Below, in pieces: positions 45,780 through 52,935 of a DNA stretch of 52,935 nt; position 1 is the stretch's first letter, and the number at the start of each line of letters is the position of its first letter. This DNA is from a virus (taxonomy: Duplodnaviria; Caudoviricetes), in the IMG/VR virus record IMGVR_UViG_3300042868_013143, positions 1-52,935 of that record; one strand, 5' to 3'. Under the pieces are notes generated by a model that saw only the letters and a list, made by a program, of their open reading frames with translations, had not been told where the DNA came from and made no database searches. The position numbers were made by a program, and so were the translations under genes.

Positions 45780-45926
45780 TTAGTTACCTTGTTTAGCGTA
45801 ACGCTTTTTGTAATTTTTAGAAGTTTTAAGTTTAGAAGTTTTGCTCTTAGAATGAACTCCAGGGCGCTTTCTTTTAGCTTTTCTTAGGAAGCTAGAAGAT
45901 GATTCAGATTTTTTAGCTTTTGCCAT
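45780..45926 (-). CDS. Very basic 48-aa protein (possible DNA-condensing protein)
   Basis: MAKAKKSESSSSFLRKAKRKRPGVHSKSK...; TATTTATT upstream. Confidence 0.65.
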   Translation of the reverse strand: MAKAKKSESSSSFLRKAKRKRPGVHSKSKTSKLKTSKNYKKRYAKQGN

Positions 45927-45981
45927 AACTTTGTTTTCTTAATAAATAGGAATTAAAAATGAAATTTACTATATTTGTGTT

Positions 45982-47919
45982 ATGAAAAAAATGTTGTTTA
46001 TTTCACCTCATTTATCTACTGGTGGCGCTCCTCAGTTCACTCTTAGTAAAATTGAAATCTTAAAAGATTCATATAATATATTATGTGTTGAAAAAGATTT
46101 CATAGCACCTGAGTTTGTGGTTCAAAGAAATAAGATATCTGAAATACTTGGAGATAAGTTTATTTCTTTAGGTGAAGATAAAATGGAGCTTATTAGGATT
46201 ATAGAAGAATTTAATCCAGACATAATTTCTATGGAAGAAATTCCTGAATTTTTTCTAGATGATTACTTGACAGAAAAAATATATAATACAAATAGGAATT
46301 ATTTAATCTTTGAAACAACTCATGATTCCTCTTTTCCGACAAATGAAAAAAGGTGGTTTCCTGATAAGTTTATTTTTGTATCTGCTTTTAACGCTTTTAG
46401 ATATTCTGATTTTGATATACCTTACGAGGTTATTGAATATCCAGTTAACTTTAAAGAGAAAAATGTTTATGCAAAAGAAAAGCTGGGCTTAGATAAAAGT
46501 TGGAAGCATATTGTGAATGTTGGTTTGTTTACGCCTAGAAAGAACCAAAAATATGTTTTTGAGTTGGCAAAAAAATTGCAGAAACACAAAATAAAGTTTC
46601 ATTTTATCGGAAATCAAGCAGATAATTTTGCTGATTATTGGAAGCCCCTTATGGTTAATAAACCAGAGAATTGTATTGTTTGGGGTGAGAGATCAGATGT
46701 TTTAGATTTCCTAGAGGCGAGTGATTTGTTTTTATTTACATCAAAAGGGGATAAAAACAATAAAGAATTAAACCCAATAGCAATAAAAGAAGCTTTGGAA
46801 TATAGAATGCCTATGATGATGTTCAATTTGGATGTGTATTGTGGTAAATATGATGATTATGAAAATATTACTTTTTTAAGTGGAGACTTAGAGAGGGATG
46901 CAAATGAAATACTTAAATTATTTGAAATGGAAAATATGGATGGAATGTTTAGTACGCAATATGAGCGTGAAGAAAATAAAATCACTATAAATTATTATGG
47001 TGAAAATCCAATAAATTTAAATGTGTCTGTAAAATGTATGACATCAGGTGCGCCAATGTATTGGTTTAACTATCAGGCAAGTCAAGGGGGTGGTTGGTTT
47101 ATAATTCCAATTCCAGCACATATTTTTAAATTCTATCAAAATACAAATTTTAGAGGTTTCTTATTGGAGTTTTATGATGAACAAAATAAACTGAAACACT
47201 CAGAGACAATTATAGTTAATGATATACTTCCAAAGTTAACACCTATAAATTTCATGCCTTTTGATTGTAGTTATAGAAACTATATTGAGTTTTTTGCAGA
47301 TGATATTTATGGAGGCTTTAATTTAAATGATTTAGATTTAGTGTTGGACATTGGTGCAAACATAGGTTTGTTTGCAAAATATATGTATAATAAGAATGCA
47401 AAAAAAGTAATACTTGTAGAAGCGAATCCGTTGATAAAAGAAAATATTGAAACGGTAATGGGTTTTGAAATAGAAAAATCAGCTATATATTTAGCTCCTT
47501 TATTTTCTGAAAAGAAAACAGTGTCTTTTAATTATTCTTCTACAAACTCAACAATAGGAACTTTGGTTATGGATTCTAGCGTTAGCGGTTATGAGGAATT
47601 AGATTCTACAATTGAATTGGAAACTATAACTTTAGATGAGGTTATAACAGAAAATTACATTGAAAGGATATCTTTGTTTAAATGTGATATTGAGGGTGGA
47701 GAATATGATTTAATTGAATCTCTTACTCCTGAACATATGAATATTATAGATAGGTTTTTAATTGAATTCCACCAAAACAAAGGACAGCTTCAAGATATGG
47801 TAAACAAGCTTGAATCTTATGGTTTTGAATGTGAGTTTTATAAGTTGGACATGGCTAATAAAATTAAGGTTGATATAAATTGTGAGCATGGTGTTTTGAT
47901 AACAAACAAAAAAATTTAA
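45982..47919 (+). CDS. GT4-like glycosyltransferase fused to an FkbM methyltransferase
   Basis: HLSTGGAP, RKNQ, ELNPIAIKEAL; LDIGANIG, KCDIEGGE. Confidence 0.88.
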   Translation: MKKMLFISPHLSTGGAPQFTLSKIEILKDSYNILCVEKDFIAPEFVVQRNKISEILGDKFISLGEDKMELIRIIEEFNPDIISMEEIPEFFLDDYLTEKIYNTNRNYLIFETTHDSSFPTNEKRWFPDKFIFVSAFNAFRYSDFDIPYEVIEYPVNFKEKNVYAKEKLGLDKSWKHIVNVGLFTPRKNQKYVFELAKKLQKHKIKFHFIGNQADNFADYWKPLMVNKPENCIVWGERSDVLDFLEASDLFLFTSKGDKNNKELNPIAIKEALEYRMPMMMFNLDVYCGKYDDYENITFLSGDLERDANEILKLFEMENMDGMFSTQYEREENKITINYYGENPINLNVSVKCMTSGAPMYWFNYQASQGGGWFIIPIPAHIFKFYQNTNFRGFLLEFYDEQNKLKHSETIIVNDILPKLTPINFMPFDCSYRNYIEFFADDIYGGFNLNDLDLVLDIGANIGLFAKYMYNKNAKKVILVEANPLIKENIETVMGFEIEKSAIYLAPLFSEKKTVSFNYSSTNSTIGTLVMDSSVSGYEELDSTIELETITLDEVITENYIERISLFKCDIEGGEYDLIESLTPEHMNIIDRFLIEFHQNKGQLQDMVNKLESYGFECEFYKLDMANKIKVDINCEHGVLITNKKI

Positions 47920-47920
47920 T

Positions 47921-48556
47921 ATGGATCCAGTAGAAGAAGCTTTAATCAAAGAAAATTCAATTAAAACAATATGTCACATAGGTTCTCATATTGGTTTGGA
48001 GGCTGAAAAGTATTATGAATTAGGTGTAGAACGTGTAATTTGGGTTGAGGGTAATTATAGGGTTTTAAATAGATTAATAAAGAATACGTCAAAATACAAT
48101 ATAGATAACATATATGTCCCTCTAGCAATATCTGATAGGGATGATGAAGTCTTAGACTTTAACATTACTAACAATGAGGAAAGCTCTTCTTTAATGCAAT
48201 TAGGTTCTAGTCATAAGGAGTTTTATCCTCATATCGATGTTGTAGATAAAATAAAAGTAATAACAAAAAGATTTGATACCTTTTTAAAGGGTCAGGATGA
48301 GTTTTTGTGGGAAGATGTTGACATGCTTACAATTGATTGTCAAGGATCAGATTTAAATGTATTAAGGAGTTTTGGTGGATTGCTAAATTCTAATAATTTA
48401 AAGGTAATTAAGACTGAGATTAACTTTGGAGAGATGTATGTTGGAAATCCAACAGAAGAAGATATAGGGAATTATCTTTTGAATTTTAATTTTCATAAAA
48501 AGTTTTGGTTCATAACTGATGATGGTTATTGGGGTGATAATTTTTGGCTGAGATAA
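47921..48556 (+). CDS. FkbM-family methyltransferase
   Basis: HIGSHIG, WVEGN, IDCQGSDLNVL. Confidence 0.85.
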   Translation: MDPVEEALIKENSIKTICHIGSHIGLEAEKYYELGVERVIWVEGNYRVLNRLIKNTSKYNIDNIYVPLAISDRDDEVLDFNITNNEESSSLMQLGSSHKEFYPHIDVVDKIKVITKRFDTFLKGQDEFLWEDVDMLTIDCQGSDLNVLRSFGGLLNSNNLKVIKTEINFGEMYVGNPTEEDIGNYLLNFNFHKKFWFITDDGYWGDNFWLR

Positions 48557-48557
48557 T

Positions 48558-49187
48558 ATGGCAAGTGGAGTTCATAAAATAACAGAAGATTTTGAAAAGT
48601 CTTTATCAGACTATACAGGTGCGCCATACGTTGTTGCATTGGATAATATGAGCAATGCTTTATTTTTGGCTCTGTATTATGAGAAGATAAGCGGTCAAGA
48701 AATAGAAATACCATCTAGAACATACCCATCTGTTCCTTGTGAGATTATTCACGCAGGAGGAAAGGTAAAGTTTGAACCAGTGGAAGGTCAAACCATAAAA
48801 GGAGCTTATCAATTAAAACCTACAAAGGTTTGGGATTCAGCATTAAGATTTACAGGTGATATGTATATTCCAAATACTCATATGTGTGTTTCTTTTACAG
48901 GTCCATATAAGCACTTGAAATTATCTAAGGGCGGTGCAATACTTACAGATGATTTGCATGCGTATTTGTGGTTTAAGAGGGCTAGGTTTAGTGGTAGAAG
49001 AGAGTGTTCATATCATGATGATTACTTTGATATGCTTGGATGGAATTTCTATATGATTCCTGAACTTGCAGCTAGAGGTCTTCATATGATGCCTCAGTTT
49101 TATAATCTAGATGGGACAAAAAAACAAATGGAAGACTTGGAATTACCATATCCTGATTTGTCAAACTTTGAAATATATAAACAATGA
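48558..49187 (+). CDS. Short DegT/DnrJ-family PLP aminotransferase
   Basis: FEKSL..YTGA, DSA, SF..YKHL..GGAILTDD, GWNFYM. Confidence 0.82.
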   Translation: MASGVHKITEDFEKSLSDYTGAPYVVALDNMSNALFLALYYEKISGQEIEIPSRTYPSVPCEIIHAGGKVKFEPVEGQTIKGAYQLKPTKVWDSALRFTGDMYIPNTHMCVSFTGPYKHLKLSKGGAILTDDLHAYLWFKRARFSGRRECSYHDDYFDMLGWNFYMIPELAARGLHMMPQFYNLDGTKKQMEDLELPYPDLSNFEIYKQ

Positions 49188-49768
49188 AACAAGCTTTAAT
49201 TGGAAGTGGCGGGCACGCAAGAGAAATTGAGCTTCAAATGCAAAGAAGTTTTGTGAAGTTTGTGGATGATGAATATGTGACGGGAGAAGATGATTTTGTT
49301 CTTCCACTTTCATCTTTTAATCCTGAAGAATATGAACTGATGATTGCGATAGCAGATTCTAGTGCTAGAGATAAGATAATATCTAGACTTCCGTCTAATA
49401 CAAAGTTTTTTTCTTTTATTCATAGAACGGCAATAGTTTCTGAAGATTTAGAAATTGGCGAAGGTGCTTTTTTGGGGGCTTTTTCTTTTATTTCTTGTAA
49501 TGTAAAAATAGGAAAGCACGCTATATTAAATAGATTTGTTCACATAGGTCACGATTGTATGATTGGAAATTGTTTTAGTGCGATGCCAGGGGCAATAGTT
49601 TCTGGAAATGTAAATATTGGAAACAATGTTTATTTAGGTACAAACGCCTCAGTTATAGAAAAAAAGAACGTGTGTAGCAATGTGATTGTGGGCGCTTCTT
49701 CTTGTGTCGTAAAACATATTACTCAACAAGGTACATATGTTGGTGTACCTACAAAAAAGATAAAATAA
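49184..49768 (+). CDS. NeuD/PglD-like sugar O/N-acetyltransferase
   Basis: IGSGGHARE, hexapeptide repeats, IGHDC, YVGVP. Confidence 0.9.
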   Translation: MKQALIGSGGHAREIELQMQRSFVKFVDDEYVTGEDDFVLPLSSFNPEEYELMIAIADSSARDKIISRLPSNTKFFSFIHRTAIVSEDLEIGEGAFLGAFSFISCNVKIGKHAILNRFVHIGHDCMIGNCFSAMPGAIVSGNVNIGNNVYLGTNASVIEKKNVCSNVIVGASSCVVKHITQQGTYVGVPTKKIK

Positions 49769-49771
49769 ATT

Positions 49772-50581
49772 ATGATAGACGGAAAAATAGTATCTCTTTC
49801 AATAACATCATCCAAGAGGCTTGCTATGCTCGAAAGAGTATTGAGGGCTTTTAGTGTTTTTTGTGAGGATTTACATGTTATAGATAATATTATATTTTTT
49901 GACGATTCTTCCACAGAAGAAGAAAAGAAAAAAATGGAAATTATGTTAAATGTTTTATTTCCTGCGCAAAACAAGATAATTCAACATTTCTATTCAGATT
50001 CTTTTAATGATGCATATAGACATTCTAGGATTTTAAATGCATGGAGAGAAAAGCTGATTGAAACAAACACTGAATATTGTTTTCATTTAGAAGATGATTA
50101 CTTATTTGTTGACTTTTTTGATTTGGAAACGGGAATAAAAGTTTTAGACTTAAAAGATGATTGTGGATACGTGGGTTATTTTCAGTCATACAAAAAATTC
50201 CCAAAAGAGCATCAGCCTTTCGTAATAGAAGTTAATAAAGTCAAGTTTTGGGAGTGGATTTATAAATCGGATATCCCATTGAACGAGCATCTCTTTTTAG
50301 ATGAAGCTGGTGCAATACAAACATTAAATGGAAATGGCTATTGGATGATGTACATTAATTGGCCTCATTTTTCTTTGAGGCCAGGAATACATAATGTGCA
50401 AAAATTACTATCCATAGGTGAATTTTCTACCTCATATGATACAAATACAATGCGTACTGAATTGGAATTCTCAATTCGTTGGGCAAAAAAATGGAAAACA
50501 TATTGTCATGAAAAATTTATGGTTGTAAATTTAGCATGGGATGAAAGTCAAAGTTCTTATACATTAAATAATTCGAATTAA
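49772..50581 (+). CDS. GT2-like glycosyltransferase
   Basis: FFDDSS, FHLEDD, HFSLRPG. Confidence 0.75.
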   Translation: MIDGKIVSLSITSSKRLAMLERVLRAFSVFCEDLHVIDNIIFFDDSSTEEEKKKMEIMLNVLFPAQNKIIQHFYSDSFNDAYRHSRILNAWREKLIETNTEYCFHLEDDYLFVDFFDLETGIKVLDLKDDCGYVGYFQSYKKFPKEHQPFVIEVNKVKFWEWIYKSDIPLNEHLFLDEAGAIQTLNGNGYWMMYINWPHFSLRPGIHNVQKLLSIGEFSTSYDTNTMRTELEFSIRWAKKWKTYCHEKFMVVNLAWDESQSSYTLNNSN

Positions 50582-51895
50582 ATGGAGTATAATTTTAAAA
50601 ATATTTGGGAAAAGGCGTTGTTTTATAATATAGAGCAAAAGCCAGAAGAGATTAAGATGTTGTTAGATTTTTTAAACAACACTAAAAATAAAAGGTATGC
50701 ATTAGAAATAGGTTCAAACTATGGTGGTACAGCATATTCTTTGTGTCATTTATATGACTACGTTCTTACTATTGATATAAAGCATAACGAGAATTTTGAT
50801 AAAATTAGATCTGAGTTCCCAAACTACAACTATATAATAGCAGATTCAAATGCTCTAGATACTATAAATGCTATAAAAAAATTAGGGATAAAATTTGATT
50901 TTATTTTTATCGATGGAGATCATTCATATGATGGTGTAAAGAATGATTATGAGAATTATAAGCAATTTTTAGCTTCCGATGGTCATATGGCTTTTCACGA
51001 TATAGTATCTACTAAAGAAAATCATGAAAACAATATTTTTGTAGATAAATTGTGGTCTGAACTTAGTGAATCATATGAATCAAAGTTTGAATTTGTAGCT
51101 CCCAATAGAGAGAATATTTATAGAACAGATAATCTTTTTCATGAGATTTTGAGAAATCAAAAATATGAAGTTTGGGGCGGAATAGGCGTACTGAAAAATA
51201 CACAAGTTTCTGTTTTTTCTCATAATTTCTTGCAAAATCATTGGGAGGAAATTGTGGGACAGCAGCTTAATAAAATGTCTTCAGGTGGATTATACGATAG
51301 AGCTGATACTATACTTTATGGAGTTTATTCAGAAAGCGAAGAAGAATATAGAAAGTTTGAAAATTTGATAAAGCAATATGATACAAGGCTAAAAATAGAT
51401 ATAGTTAGATATTGCGAAAATCAGGCAGAGTATAGCACTTTGTTAAATCTACAAAATCATTGTAGGTTGAATCCAAATAGTCAAGTAGTATATTTTCACT
51501 CTAAGGGGTCTTCTAGAGAAAAGAATCACTATATTACATCATGGAGAGAGTGTTTGGATTTTTTTGTAATTGAGAAATGGGAACATTCTTTTAAGAATTT
51601 GCTTAATAAGAATTGTGATGTTTGTGGTGCTTTGTATGTTAATCTGTTTAGGTTTTTAGACTATGAATTCAAAAACTATTTCTCAGGTAATTTTTGGTGG
51701 GCTGATTCTAATTATATAAATAAACTTCCATCATTGTCATTATTAAAATCTCAAACACAAGAACGTGTGTTTAATGAGATGTGGATTGGAATGCATCCAC
51801 ATGTTTGGGCTAGTTATTATAATGAGGATGTAACTATGTGGTATGAGCATTATTTTAATCCAGATATATATAGAAACTCAAATTTTTTATATTAA
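50582..51895 (+). CDS. Class I SAM methyltransferase fused to a GT-like domain
   Basis: LEIGSNYGGT, FIDGDHSY, FHDI; then YFHSKG, SGNFWWA. Confidence 0.8.
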   Translation: MEYNFKNIWEKALFYNIEQKPEEIKMLLDFLNNTKNKRYALEIGSNYGGTAYSLCHLYDYVLTIDIKHNENFDKIRSEFPNYNYIIADSNALDTINAIKKLGIKFDFIFIDGDHSYDGVKNDYENYKQFLASDGHMAFHDIVSTKENHENNIFVDKLWSELSESYESKFEFVAPNRENIYRTDNLFHEILRNQKYEVWGGIGVLKNTQVSVFSHNFLQNHWEEIVGQQLNKMSSGGLYDRADTILYGVYSESEEEYRKFENLIKQYDTRLKIDIVRYCENQAEYSTLLNLQNHCRLNPNSQVVYFHSKGSSREKNHYITSWRECLDFFVIEKWEHSFKNLLNKNCDVCGALYVNLFRFLDYEFKNYFSGNFWWADSNYINKLPSLSLLKSQTQERVFNEMWIGMHPHVWASYYNEDVTMWYEHYFNPDIYRNSNFLY

Positions 51896-52935
51896 TGAAA
51901 GTAAGTGTAGTTATTCCCTCTTATAAGTTTTTTCGTTTTTTAGAAGTAAACCTTATTACCGTTTTAAGTCAAAAGACAAATTTTGAATTTGAGGTTTTGG
52001 TGAGAGATGATTTTTCTCAAGATGGATCAGACTTGTTATTAAAAAGACTTCGAGGCTTTTATTCAAATTTGGTTGTATTTGAAGCGGAAGAAAATTGGGG
52101 ATTCCACAAGAATATTAAATTTTTGATGGAGCAAGCTGTTGGTGAATATATTTGTTATTTGGATGGTGATGATTATTTCTTGGATCCATTAAAGCTACAA
52201 AAGCAGGTTGATTTTTTAGATGCAAACCCAAGTTATGTTATGCATGCAACAGGATACTGTATTTTAAAAGGAGATTCAGAATATATACCTGGTGAACCAG
52301 GTGATATGATGATGCCTAATATTTATGAGCCAACAACTGAGGATTTGCTAGAACATAATTATGTTGGATTTGGAAGGATGTTCAGAAATTTACCAGGTTT
52401 ATATAAAGACTATATGGACAATTTGCCCTATCTTGATTATCCATTAAATTTTGAGATTTCTTTGCATGGAAAGATAAAAAATGATAACTTTGTTGGTGGT
52501 ATTTATAGGGAGCATTTTGGCGGGGTTCTAACTGCTTTAAATTCGGAAGAAAAAGAAAAAACCCATGAGTTTGTAAAGAGTGAGTTAAGAAAGAGATATA
52601 TGGAAAACAAAAAACAAAACAAGTCAATTTTTATAATTGATTGTTACGTACATTCAATAGATGTGGAAATTAAGTTGCGCAATTGTATTCAAAATTTAAA
52701 AAAACACAACCAAGACATTCTTTTGATTTCCAACAAGATTATTAAAGAAGACATATTAAAGCTTGTTGATTATTATGTATATGATAGTGAAAACAGATTG
52801 TTTTCAGACGAAAAATATTCAGCTGACCCTATAACTCTGTATAAAATATATGAGTCAATTGAAATATATGAGATTGTAAAAGGAGTTCAGAAGCATGGTT
52901 TATCAGTAATTAGAAATCTATTCAAATCAATTAAG
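51895..52935 (+). CDS. GT2 glycosyltransferase (runs off the window end)
   Basis: MKVSVVIPSY, VRDDFSQDGS, YICYLDGDDY, KLQKQVDFL; not in the ORF track because it has no stop. Confidence 0.85.
   Translation, partial: MKVSVVIPSYKFFRFLEVNLITVLSQKTNFEFEVLVRDDFSQDGSDLLLKRLRGFYSNLVVFEAEENWGFHKNIKFLMEQAVGEYICYLDGDDYFLDPLKLQKQVDFLDANPSYVMHATGYCILKGDSEYIPGEPGDMMMPNIYEPTTEDLLEHNYVGFGRMFRNLPGLYKDYMDNLPYLDYPLNFEISLHGKIKNDNFVGGIYREHFGGVLTALNSEEKEKTHEFVKSELRKRYMENKKQNKSIFIIDCYVHSIDVEIKLRNCIQNLKKHNQDILLISNKIIKEDILKLVDYYVYDSENRLFSDEKYSADPITLYKIYESIEIYEIVKGVQKHGLSVIRNLFKSIK

Noticed and set aside
2197-52627. Numerous 60-120 aa antisense or nested ORFs in the track
   Set aside because: They lie wholly within well-supported genes and have shadow-frame composition.
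1-52935. CRISPR array, rRNA, integrase or IS element
   Set aside because: No regularly spaced repeats or matching genes were seen by eye.

Overview
This window is about 53 kb of a large, AT-rich dsDNA (jumbo-type, probably T4-like) phage. The host is probably Bacteroidota: TAnnTTTG -7 promoters, no Shine-Dalgarno signals, and Bacteroidota-like sigma70, SSB, ClpC and CorA. The window holds a replication/nucleotide block (DnaB-like helicase, NrdAB, UvrD-like helicase, SSB, ligase), a host-type sigma70, an envelope ABC/OmpA module, late genes sharing an 'LRKIIRE' N-terminal tag, a glycosylation cluster, and two tRNA clusters (14 tRNAs plus tRNA-like and structured ncRNAs). The main finding is that each tRNA cluster sits behind what looks like a ribosome-mediated transcription attenuator: a short MKT- leader peptide, an antiterminator, then an intrinsic terminator. 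The leader's sensor codons match the tRNAs encoded downstream: RRSSWSSSRR before Ser/Trp/Ser/Arg/Arg tRNAs, and PAMPMNGLGNGYAPADY before Pro/Asp/Tyr/Pro/Ala/Tyr/Gly/Gly/Met tRNAs. This suggests on-demand, self-limiting tRNA replenishment when host tRNAs are depleted or cleaved. All calls were made by eye; no database searches or folding programs were run.
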